A stretch of DNA of 64,000 nt from the NCBI GenBank assembly GCA_030867685.1, contig JAQOWU010000003.1, positions 62,001 to 126,000 of the forward strand, read 5' to 3'. A model generated the notes under the pieces. That model saw only the letters and a program-made list of their open reading frames with translations, searched no databases and had not been told where the DNA came from. Made by a program: the position numbers and the translations under genes. The DNA comes from Wickerhamiella versatilis. Taxonomy: Eukaryota. Below are positions 10,304 to 20,413 of the stretch, piece by piece (the stretch's first letter is position 1; each line of letters begins with the position of its first letter).

Positions 10304-11137
10304 TCATATATCTTCTAATGTATCTTCACCATGTTCACGCCAGCTAAGGATATCCGTGTCACGAGCCTTGGTTGCTTGACCATAGAGTTCAAATGCATCT
10401 CGACCAAGCATTAGTCGCAGTGGTGCTTTGGGGTCATTCACGGCCTTGATAACACAGAGTGCCGCCTTTCGAGGGTCACCGACCGGATCACTGGGCTTTT
10501 GCATACCATTAATCCATTCTTCAATAGGTTTCGTTACAGTATCGTAGTCATCTATATGGCCAACTGCTTTTTCGTTTGACCATACTTCGGTACGGAACGC
10601 ACCAGGCTCAACTATCAAAGTTTTTATTCCCAAATCTTTGAGCTCATAAGATAGTGTCTCACTATAAGCTTCAAATCCATATTTGGCAACTGAATAAGGT
10701 CCAATTGCTGGCTGGCAAATGAGCCCGCTTATACTGCTGACGTTCACAATGCAGCCTGATCTCTGCTTCCGCAGTGTGGGCAAAATCAAATTCGTAAGTT
10801 CATAGGGAGCAAAAAGATTCAGTTCAACGATGTTACGAAATTGGTCGCTGCTATACTCCTCGATAGCTCCCACGCATGACCGACCAGCATTATTTACTAC
10901 GACATCGATTCGCCCAAACTTATCGAGTGCCGTGGCAACTGCCGATTCTCTCGAGGCTGCATCAGTGACATCCAAGCGTATCGGAAGTGCTCGGTCCCCA
11001 AACTTGCTAGCAGTCTTCTCAAGTGCCGGCAAACGCCGAGCCGTTATAACGGCCTTATCACCGCTCTCAAGTACTTGTTCCGCCAGTTGCTGACCGAGTC
11101 CAGAGGACGCGCCAGTGATAAACCACACTTTTGTCAT
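10304..11137 (-). CDS. Classical short-chain dehydrogenase/reductase (bacterial-like)
   Basis: TGASSGLG Rossmann motif, NNAG, catalytic S and YSVAK, and the 'EPGAFRT', 'GDPRKAA', 'PLRLMLGRDA' subgroup motifs. Confidence 0.92.
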   Translation of the reverse strand: MTKVWFITGASSGLGQQLAEQVLESGDKAVITARRLPALEKTASKFGDRALPIRLDVTDAASRESAVATALDKFGRIDVVVNNAGRSCVGAIEEYSSDQFRNIVELNLFAPYELTNLILPTLRKQRSGCIVNVSSISGLICQPAIGPYSVAKYGFEAYSETLSYELKDLGIKTLIVEPGAFRTEVWSNEKAVGHIDDYDTVTKPIEEWINGMQKPSDPVGDPRKAALCVIKAVNDPKAPLRLMLGRDAFELYGQATKARDTDILSWREHGEDTLEDI

Positions 11138-11302
11138 GATAGTAAACTAGTAGAAGTGGTGCCTAGTTTAAATAGTGGTTGCTAATGATTACAAACATAT
11201 AGACGGACGATGCAGTGATAAGTAATGAGACATTGGATTACAGATTTCTAATTCTTAAAGGGGTTTTGATTGCTAACATTTGATTCGTCTATTTAGCTCG
11301 TT

Positions 11303-12109
11303 TTAACTCTTTAGTACTTCATCATAATTGGTCACGTTCAATACTTTACAGTACGAGGCCATGCGGAAGTTTGATAGTTTGTCAAGACTGTTATTCTCAT
11401 ACCCGCATATCTTTCCGTCACTGCGATGCTGCCTTAAATCTATTGTCACAACTCCAAGTGTAGGTACAATCTTTTCCTGCCAGACAAACAGATAAAGTTC
11501 GTCCGATATCTTGAAGTAGTGACATTTGTCGGTATCACAGAGACCCTTTTCCGCACCAGAAAGGCACTGCCAGGTGTAAAAATTTGAGTTAAGGTAAATA
11601 TGCTCATACATTTCCGAGTCGCTATAACGATAGCGGTTTCGAGAACCGATCAGTTCTGTAGTACGCGAATGTAGTTGACTGTCCTGGACATAAGGACGAT
11701 CAACCGTACCATGGAAAAATTCTGCTTTCACCGCGGTGAGATCCTTTCCCGACAGTGCACGATGGTAAATACTTTCGTTAATTTCTTCTTGTGATGGAAG
11801 TGTGCCCACGACTGCTGTAAACGACATTTTCTCCAGATCGAGCACCAATGTAGTGGATTCCGCTGGTTCCTTGGAAATGAAATCAACGAAGAAAATTTTG
11901 GGCCTGAGGGAAGTAGCTCTATAAAGCGCTTTACCTCCAGTGGGTCCATCCCAATTGATGTACTCATCCCCGAAGCTATACTTTATAGAAGTTTCAGGGC
12001 CAAAATTCAGCAAGAGCTCCTTGTTGTTCAGCTCTGATGCTTGCGGTAGGGCATAAGACCCAGGGGCAAAACCGGACTCAAGATCTCCCACGCTAATCCA
12101 AGCACTCAT
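11303..12109 (-). CDS. moaF: MoaF-family protein (Klebsiella monoamine-regulon MoaF homologue; function unknown)
   Basis: Motifs recalled for the MoaF family: 'WISVGDL..GF', 'YRATSLRPKIFFVDF', 'YRYS..E.YEHIYLN..FYTWQCL.G.EKGL.DTD.C', 'LYLFVWQEKIVPTLG', 'DGKI.GY'. Confidence 0.8.
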   Translation of the reverse strand: MSAWISVGDLESGFAPGSYALPQASELNNKELLLNFGPETSIKYSFGDEYINWDGPTGGKALYRATSLRPKIFFVDFISKEPAESTTLVLDLEKMSFTAVVGTLPSQEEINESIYHRALSGKDLTAVKAEFFHGTVDRPYVQDSQLHSRTTELIGSRNRYRYSDSEMYEHIYLNSNFYTWQCLSGAEKGLCDTDKCHYFKISDELYLFVWQEKIVPTLGVVTIDLRQHRSDGKICGYENNSLDKLSNFRMASYCKVLNVTNYDEVLKS

Positions 12110-12540
12110 AATGCCAGTATGAAAATAAGTCTCCTAACGCTTCAATAGCTTAATAAGCTTATCGGCTAAGGATGCCTGAAGTGGCTTATCAAGGGCGTTG
12201 AATCAGGGTGTTACCTAAGTCGGTGTAGCGTCGGTCTTCCGATTTCTTTGTCAAGTGATCCTTTGTTTCTTGTTTGAGAGGCTCTTGATTTATTGTACTA
12301 AATTCATGCGCAAAAATGTGATAAAGCTGCTATTAAGAAGAATAAAGTGTTTTATAATCTGGTTCCTAAATTACCACACAGATTTCTGGCAGAGAAATTC
12401 GAAACTAATATATGGAATTACTATGTATTTTTGTCTTGGTTTGTGATTTCTGGTCACTTTTACAGGAGATCTCTGTGGGCTTTTACTAGAAATAGTTGCT
12501 TGCTAACCCTAACCGTAACCGCATATAACAGCTAAAGTTA
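12110..12540. promoter_or_regulatory. Divergent promoter (MoaF / aminotransferase) with GATA elements
   Basis: Head-to-head genes; CTTATC at 12158-12163 and 12185-12190; CGG/CCG triplets at 12221, 12232 and 12239. Confidence 0.5.
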
Positions 12541-13884
12541 ATGTTTAGTAATTATAACACCATGGGTACGCAGAACAATTTTGACGCGAACTATCTCGAA
12601 AGCCTCCCGGAGAAAGACTCCCGTCTTATTGCTAAGAGGGAAGCCCTTCTTGGTCCACTCTACCAACTTTTGTATAAGAATCCAATCAGGGTCGTAGACA
12701 GTAAAGGGGTTCACCTCATTGACGCTTATGGCAACCACTTTCTTGATTGTTATAATAATGTTTCATCTGTTGGACATTGTAATCAGAGAGTGGTAGATGC
12801 AGTGGCTAAACAAATGGGAATATTGAATACCAATACTCGGTATGTTACCGAAGGAATTTTGGATTACTCCGAGAAGCTGCTAGCGACGTTTGCACCTGAG
12901 CTAGGAAATGTTATGTACACTTGTACAGCAAGTGAGGCCATAGACTTAGCAATGCGTACTGCTAAATGTGCTACTGGTGGAACTGGGTTCATTGTTAGCG
13001 CCAATGCATATCATGGATTCACTCAGGCTGCTGAATCGATATCACCATCCATGACCAAGGGTGTTCCACTGGATGCCAACGCAAGAATGGTTGCCCCGCC
13101 AGATACCTATCACACCCCTCCGGGGGCTGATATAGGCAAGATCTTTACCGAGAACGTTCAGGCTGCTATCGATGATATGAAGAAAAGCGGCATTAAGCTT
13201 GCAGGGTTAATTCTGGATCCCGTATTCACGAGCGACGGTCTATATTTTGGGCCACCAGGGTTTTTGAAAGGCGCAGTGAAATGTGTACACGAAAATGGTG
13301 GTTTGTTCATTGCAGACGAGGTCCAATCTGGGTTTGGCCGTATAGGAGATTATTTGTGGGGACATCAGTATCATGATTTGGTCCCTGACCTCGTTGTCAT
13401 GGGGAAGGCCATGGGAAATGGGTTACCTATTGCGGCGATGGTGGCGAAACCGCCCCTTTTACAAAAATTTGGTCGCAACTTTCACTACGTAAATACATTT
13501 GGTGGCAATCCCGTATGTGTGGCAGCCGCTAATGCAGTGCTAGATGAAATTCAGGAGAACAAAGTGCTTGATAACTGTCAAGAGATTGGAAGCTATCTGT
13601 TGGGCTCTTTCCGCAAGATGGCATCGAAATATGATTGCATTGGTGACGTTAGGGGGTTGGGTATGATCTTTGGCATAGAGTTTGTTAAGGATCGAACTAC
13701 CAAAGAACCAAATCCTGAGATTGCAGACAAGCTTGTTACTGAACTTCGAGAGCGCCTTATGCTAATTAATACTACGGGAATTCATGGGAATATACTCAAG
13801 ATACGCCCCATATTGATATTTTCAAAGGAGAATGCAGACTATTTCCTGGCTCAGTTTGAAGCTGCTATGGATAAATTGGTCTGA
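12541..13884 (+). CDS. Class III PLP enzyme of the AGXT2L / phospho-lyase subgroup (ethanolamine-phosphate / 5-phosphohydroxylysine phospho-lyase-like)
   Basis: Subgroup hallmarks 'FLDCYNNV..VGH' and 'LNTNTRY'; DEVQSGFGR; PLP lysine in 'VMGKAMGNG'; 'NTFGGNPV'; 'LKIRP'. Alternative start at 12562. Confidence 0.88.
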   Translation: MFSNYNTMGTQNNFDANYLESLPEKDSRLIAKREALLGPLYQLLYKNPIRVVDSKGVHLIDAYGNHFLDCYNNVSSVGHCNQRVVDAVAKQMGILNTNTRYVTEGILDYSEKLLATFAPELGNVMYTCTASEAIDLAMRTAKCATGGTGFIVSANAYHGFTQAAESISPSMTKGVPLDANARMVAPPDTYHTPPGADIGKIFTENVQAAIDDMKKSGIKLAGLILDPVFTSDGLYFGPPGFLKGAVKCVHENGGLFIADEVQSGFGRIGDYLWGHQYHDLVPDLVVMGKAMGNGLPIAAMVAKPPLLQKFGRNFHYVNTFGGNPVCVAAANAVLDEIQENKVLDNCQEIGSYLLGSFRKMASKYDCIGDVRGLGMIFGIEFVKDRTTKEPNPEIADKLVTELRERLMLINTTGIHGNILKIRPILIFSKENADYFLAQFEAAMDKLV

Positions 13885-14435
13885 GTTCTACCTGAAATAT
13901 CCGAGACGGAATACGAATTGGCATCCTATGCATATAGAACTCGGTTGCTGCGTCATTGTCTCCCGTCAAATCATCGGCTGAACACATCTTAACTGGACTC
14001 TATCTCTTTTACGGTCTTTCTATGATAATACATTCTCCGTAAAGCAGAAAAAATAAGAAAGAACTGTGGCATTCCAACAATGTTTTTCATTTCTTAGACG
14101 TAATCAGCAAATATCAAGAATTGTAGACTTGTGGCACAAGGCAATTATATCTCGAGGATTATTTTCTGAAATATATTTGCAGCATAGAGATAGCCAGGAA
14201 GGAGATATTTCACGGGCCTATGCTTATACTTTGCTGATAGTTAGGAATGCTCGTTGTTTGTCATAGGTAGCCCTTTTACACATCATAACCATTTGTTTGC
14301 TGAGATACACGCACTATTCGGCGAAAATTACCCTTTTGTAGCCTCTAACTTATCAAACTAAACTAATTGTCATCAGCACCTTAGTCAAGCAAGTTAGGTG
14401 TTGGTACCCGCGAAGTTCAACCACCATCCACGATC

Positions 14436-15461
14436 ATGGCTAACTCTGACAGCACTGAATCAACATTTTTGGATTGTGAGTTTGCGAAAGATGTGTTATT
14501 GAGGCATTATGGGAGGTCGTGCTCGGTTAAGAAGGTGCATAGCGATCGTGATCAGAATTTTTGCGCTACTGACACAAACGGCGAAAAATTCATCATTAAA
14601 TTCGCACATCCTGATGAAAGCCACGATGAGGGATGTATGCAAACAGAGATTATGCGCTCTTTGGCTGAACAAGATTTTTCTGTACCCGTTCCACACGTAA
14701 TACCTGCTAAGTCGGGGGAATTTGATCTACTTCTTGAGTGTAATGGTCGCACACGAATGGTTCGCGTTATAGAGTTCCTGCCAGGGACGATTTTGAGTTC
14801 TACCGAAAGGACTCTTAAACAAAGCTACAACTTGGGCAGAATATCTGGTCTCCTTACGAAGAGTCTCACTAACTTCAGTCATCCAGGACAAGATAGAATC
14901 ATTCTGCCTGATATACAGCACGCGAGCCGTCTTAGAAATTACTACCATCTCATCAAGGACCCAGCCATTGTTTCCCTCTTGGAAGACAGCATTCGAATTT
15001 TTGAGTCGGCAGTGAAGCCTAAACTCGAATTATTGCGAAAGCAGGTTGTCCACAATGATATACACGGAGGCAATGTATTGGTAGATAGCGGCTCGCCAGA
15101 GAAAATTACAGGTGTCATAGATTTTGGTGACTCTGTTTATACACCCCTGATAAATGACGTAGTTATCGGTGCCACCAGTCTTCTTGGAGTTGGTGGGTCT
15201 TTTCTTGACCATCCACGTTCATTTATAAGAGGATATGACTCAGTTGTAAAACTTACGGCGTTGGAAAAGTCCCTCCTTCTGGACTTAACCATTGTTCGTT
15301 CTGCGATAACACTTATTTTGTACGCGGAATGGGAAGCTGAAAAGCCTGAGAACAAGGAAGTAAGCCAATATTTTTTACCTTTGAATGTTAAACAACTGAA
15401 GCAACTCCACGGGCTTCGGGATAAGAATGAAGTATTCTATAGCGATTCTCACGAGATATGA
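14436..15461 (+). CDS. APH-fold small-molecule kinase, hydroxylysine kinase (HYKK/AGPHD1)-like
   Basis: 'SDRDQNF' (SERDQNF-type), catalytic loop HNDIHGGN, and 'VIDFGD'. Confidence 0.85.
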   Translation: MANSDSTESTFLDCEFAKDVLLRHYGRSCSVKKVHSDRDQNFCATDTNGEKFIIKFAHPDESHDEGCMQTEIMRSLAEQDFSVPVPHVIPAKSGEFDLLLECNGRTRMVRVIEFLPGTILSSTERTLKQSYNLGRISGLLTKSLTNFSHPGQDRIILPDIQHASRLRNYYHLIKDPAIVSLLEDSIRIFESAVKPKLELLRKQVVHNDIHGGNVLVDSGSPEKITGVIDFGDSVYTPLINDVVIGATSLLGVGGSFLDHPRSFIRGYDSVVKLTALEKSLLLDLTIVRSAITLILYAEWEAEKPENKEVSQYFLPLNVKQLKQLHGLRDKNEVFYSDSHEI

Positions 15462-15781
15462 GGTTCCTAACGTCATAATCACCTTTGACTTGTCTTCCAG
15501 GAATAAAAATAAAACACTATGCTATAGAGGTTAGTTTTATATTTTTTTTTGTTTCTCTGTTGGTTAACAACTAGACCATGATAATGCGCGGCATTGTGGT
15601 TTGGGCTGGTTGAACAATGTAAGATGGCTGTCCATGGAGATCATATATAACATGAAATGGACTACTTCACCTAAATATACTATGGTCGAAGCTATTCCAA
15701 TTCACTCAACCTCAAAAAAAGCTATTGAAAAAACCATGTTATTATTATTACTTGTAATGACTATTAAGCATATAGAGCTCA

Positions 15782-17446
15782 CTAGTGACCTGATTCAGCC
15801 ACCCAGTTAAAGTACGTATGAGCCGTACGGACCCTACTGGCTTTACCCCACAAAAGCATAGGAATGGTTGTAATCCAAAAAACAAACCCAAAGATGAATG
15901 CAACTGATATGAATGCATTTTGTAGGCCCATACCACTAATCCAGGGTGTAATCCCGTATGATACGGCAAAGCTAATTGTGTTACGCATGAGGACAATTGA
16001 GATAATACAGTCGCTCCCAATCCCACTTGCAGCATCTACGGCATAAGTGTAAGGAACCACGGCGGAATTCACCATACAGAACGCCAAAAGACCCAAACCA
16101 AATATTGGCCCGATCCAATGGATACCATGAGCTGCTCCTACCCCATACAAGATGTAACCAGCTGGAAACAAGATAATAAGTGGCAGCGTGACATATAGTC
16201 GGTCTTCAGCTTCATGGACACCTCCCCGTGCCGCCGCGATCCTAAGGCAGAGCCAGTCGTTTAATGGACCAGCAACAAGGCAACCTAGAATTGTACCAAT
16301 TGCACCACCTATATAGCAGAGACCGACGATTCCCTCGGAGAAGTTGTATGGTGGACCGGAAAAGATAGATGAAATCGTTCCTGTGACCACCTGGAAACCA
16401 CACAATGATGAAGCGACCATCCATCCAGCCCATTGTATATGGGGAAGCTTATACAATATCACAAGAGGGCGTAGAAATTGCTGCAAGGTAGGAAATGGCC
16501 TCAGTTTCGTGAATATCTGTATTCTGTTCAGATAAGGTTTTCGCGCATGCATTTCTGAAGGTACTTCCTCGTTTATTTCGACCTCAGAGATATCTTGGGT
16601 TCCTTCTTTACCATTTAGCTTGCCAGTAGTTTCGTTATTCGATTTCTTTTGGGGTCTGCCATCTATATGAGGAATCTTGCGAACATAACCACTTTCTTCG
16701 AAACAGAAGAGCATGACAACCCCGACAGCACCAGAGAAAATGGCAATGAAATAGAAGACCCACTGCCAAGACATATTTTGGGAAATCCACGCACCGGCTA
16801 GCGGTCCAAAAAAAGTCCCTCCATTCAGTGCAAACCCGTATAGAGACATCCAAAACGCGCGTTCGTGCTCGAAGAAAACATCTGCCACCAAAACCTCTAT
16901 CAAACTCTCTACTGGAGCTCCAAGAATACCTTGTAGGATACGCGCACCATAGTAGCTTCCATTTGACGAAGTATAAGCATTCCACGTAACCGCTCCAACA
17001 CCGCAGCCTAGTGTCATCATGAGCACAAGAAAGCGTCGGCCATACGACATGGACAGCGGCTGAAAGAATACATTCATCCAGCCAAATAGAATAAATGAGG
17101 CCGCAGTCCCTTGATTTACCGTGTCAGTGCTGACGCCCTCTTTGGAAAGTCCCATCATGGTCACACCAAAGATGGCCGTCAAGACACAGATCATGAAGGT
17201 TGCGAAAATCGCCTGGGCCATGAAAATGTATTTACGAAATTTGCTCCAGTTCAATGGATCATTGGGGTCTGACGATGGCTGTGGCACGAGCACGATATTA
17301 GTACCAGAGTGCTTGACGTCTTCTCTATTTCTGGAGACATCCACAAGGTCGTTTGTGCCTGGCACTCCCACGTTCTGCTCGTGAAACTGGATTCCCTCAA
17401 TTTCCTGCTCTGTTGCTGTCGTTCTAACTGGCCTGAACCACTCCAT
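15782..17446 (-). CDS. MFS permease, HOL1-like (copy 2; close paralogue of 8046-9746)
   Basis: ATG at 17446 (MEWFRPV). Shares long identical peptide blocks with copy 1, e.g. VADVFFEHERAFWMSLYGFALNGGTFFGPLA and LYKLPHIQWAGWMVASSLCGFQV. Confidence 0.9.
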   Translation of the reverse strand: MEWFRPVRTTATEQEIEGIQFHEQNVGVPGTNDLVDVSRNREDVKHSGTNIVLVPQPSSDPNDPLNWSKFRKYIFMAQAIFATFMICVLTAIFGVTMMGLSKEGVSTDTVNQGTAASFILFGWMNVFFQPLSMSYGRRFLVLMMTLGCGVGAVTWNAYTSSNGSYYGARILQGILGAPVESLIEVLVADVFFEHERAFWMSLYGFALNGGTFFGPLAGAWISQNMSWQWVFYFIAIFSGAVGVVMLFCFEESGYVRKIPHIDGRPQKKSNNETTGKLNGKEGTQDISEVEINEEVPSEMHARKPYLNRIQIFTKLRPFPTLQQFLRPLVILYKLPHIQWAGWMVASSLCGFQVVTGTISSIFSGPPYNFSEGIVGLCYIGGAIGTILGCLVAGPLNDWLCLRIAAARGGVHEAEDRLYVTLPLIILFPAGYILYGVGAAHGIHWIGPIFGLGLLAFCMVNSAVVPYTYAVDAASGIGSDCIISIVLMRNTISFAVSYGITPWISGMGLQNAFISVAFIFGFVFWITTIPMLLWGKASRVRTAHTYFNWVAESGH

Positions 17447-20413
17447 TATCAAAATAGGATAAGATTTGTAAGATATATATGCAAGCTGGTTCAGGTCCTG
17501 TCTTTATCAACTTACAAATGAGGCGAAAATAAGCGAAATGTCAGATACAATAATTATGATCGTAAATCACCACGCTAGAGTCAAAAATGCTACAGATATT
17601 ACACAAACGAAGGGGTTTTGTACTCGGCCAAAGCAAAAGAATCCTCCAGTTTAGGGAATGTTATCTCTTGATTACCAATATACTTCCGTAATACGATCAC
17701 GAAGAAAAGAAGAGGAATAGAATAGACAAGGTGGCAATAATAGAGAAAAGCCAAAATCCAAAAGAAAAGAGTGAGATGGGGAGAAGTGGCATATATAGAA
17801 TTATTAACTCGTTCCTTGCATATCTATACATGCCAGCTGTCACCAGATAACGCGAAATATACGTCTATGGTCACCCGATCCAACACAAAAGCGGTTGGCA
17901 GCTAGCTAATAAAATCTAATGAGCACATCATGATTCACATCTTACTGCCTACACCTGCTATTTTTTTTTGCGGTATGTTCTGAAAAGATAGCCAAAATAT
18001 TAGGGTTTCTCGCATATATATAAGTTGCTGAGCTAGCTGGTAGCCGAACCATAACCGTATGGAATCAAATATTTTTTGACTCTTCTGAATCGTCACTTTG
18101 AATTTCTGACGTCATATCAGATCCATGATAGCATGTATCCGACGATAAGCGCGATACGTCTCTGTCATACTCGGCAAGGTCCTGGAATTATTTTTGGTTT
18201 TCTCCTAGCTTCGTTTCTAAATAATGCTGCGTGTTTATTCCGAGAGTATTTCAATTTCTACTACTTTCTTTTATAGCTTCAGTGGATACCTATATTGTCG
18301 GTACCTATACTTTGGTATGACCATACCAAGTTATTATCTATCTGCTACTCTCATTTGCCTTAGCTACTCTCCTTGGGTAATGAAGAGGTATTAATTGGCC
18401 TGGATCGCTATACACTCCGTCACTAGTAATTCCTATGGTGACTTGCCGTCATGTCCAGCCTGACTAGATGCGTTTAATATAGCTGGGATAATAAAATGCG
18501 CACATGGGATAGTATCTCCTCTTTTCACAGCTAATCACTTTGATGAATGACGAAGCTTGATCACCAATTTCCTACTTATAAGTTCACTTTTTGCTTACGG
18601 TTTCATTACTACTACACTCGCTTGTCTACCGCACAAACTAGTCTAAACCGTAGCCTCGACCTTACTGCCTTCGCCAACACCTAGAGTAATCGTTTTATTT
18701 ATATTATTCTACTTGTGACGATCACTGTTGTATGAATCAAGCGGAACCTCGAAGCAGAGCCATCAACACTTAGCGGCACTGACACTCTTTGTGGCGTCTC
18801 TTTCTAGGCTCTAATCAGTGCACGCCACGTGCTTACCAAGTGAGGGAGTCTCTACTCATCATAAAAAGTGTGGTTTTCGCGAAAGCGTTTTCACCAAAAG
18901 GAAATCCAATCTCCCATTGCACAATTTGCATATCACGTTTGCTCGGCCTTTGTGTTTTTGCAAGATAGCCCACTGAGATGTCAACTACGGCAAGGTTTGA
19001 GCTAGGAATGTTCACGGAGTGCCGACCTCGTTCCGAGGTTGAGTCATGTGGTCGCACAAATCATTGATAACGCGGTAAATCCGATACGAAACCCATGTCA
19101 TTGACATTGCATTCCAACAACGCATTTATAAGGGGCCTAAACTAGTCGGGTTGCTAGGTTCATGTTTCGTGGTGGCAATAAATCGCCACATCGCGCGAGG
19201 ATCCAGGCATAACTGCGTACAATAATGACTTTGGCACTAACAATAGCAGGACTCGGGAAATGAGTGCTCAATATTATAAATAGGTTTCTCTTTGGCTGTT
19301 TGAGCACTCTAATTAACCCCATCTCGCTTTGGTCCCTAGTAGGGCTGGCTCATTCAGTCAGTATTTTCCACCGACCAATACTTTGTTCTAGGTTTAGGGC
19401 TGCCATGAGATCCCAAACCTGAGCTGACCGGGATTTTGTAAATCCTCCGTGGAAGTTTCCGACCCTAGCCCTCTATCATATGACATCAGGCTTCCTGTAT
19501 ACACAAGCAAAGGCACGTGGCCCTTGTAAAGTAATCTAGGCAAATCATTAAGTAGACTTGCATGCCTTTATAGGAGCTAGCGTCTAGTAGTGTGAAAGGC
19601 AGTATCTTATAGGTGAAAGGTTATAAATCGTACAATTCAACATTTAACCAGTGCACTGACAACATGCTCATAAATAACCTGACTGAGTCTTATATCTGTA
19701 GCCGAGAAGCCTGTTTACAAGACTAGCTGTCACATATGACTGCAGAACAATGTTATCATCGTTTACCAAATTACTGTCTGTAGTTGTGGTATACGTGGTA
19801 GTTCATGAGCTATCAGGAATATTCATTTGTCTAGCAAAGTAATTATCTATGAGAAACCTATATCAGTATCACCCTGGGAAGATCTAGTTGGAGAATGTGG
19901 CCGCATACAGAGTAACAAACAAATTTTATAGTCAGTTATTTAAGATACTCTATTATTTATCAACAATATTGATACGATGTAATATTCCTAAATTCTCGAT
20001 AGTAGATCATCACTAGGCTGATGCTATAGTGGTTTACAATGTACTCTGCAGATCCAGATTAAGATCGTTCTGTCACACAAAAGCACATTTACGCATAATT
20101 TCACGGTACTTCGTTAATTTTGGAGAATCCCATCTAGCTTTACCACGAAATAAATCTACATCTACCGTAGTGTAGTAGCCTCAATTGTCTACTTAGTGAC
20201 TCTTACTACTATATAGAGAGCTCATATCAGGGTAGGAAATATCGAACGAAGGTCTTGTCGTTGTGTTATATTGTAATAGTTCAAGAACAAAGAAGTCCAC
20301 GGGCAGCCGCCACAGCATGAAATAATTATCTCAAAAGTCCCCAGATCAGGGGGCGTGGGAACAATCTGGTACACTTCTCACAGTATATCTACGGCCTGAA
20401 GTCAGCAAACGTC

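Noticed and set aside
12504-12521. Telomere-like TAACCCTAACCGTAACCG upstream of the aminotransferase
   Set aside because: Only three degenerate units; could be a Tbf1-type site or chance, and does not support an internal telomere.
17447-20413. 3-kb gene-free interval
   Set aside because: No recognisable LTR, transposon, RNA gene or protein remnant by eye; needs BLASTx and Rfam.
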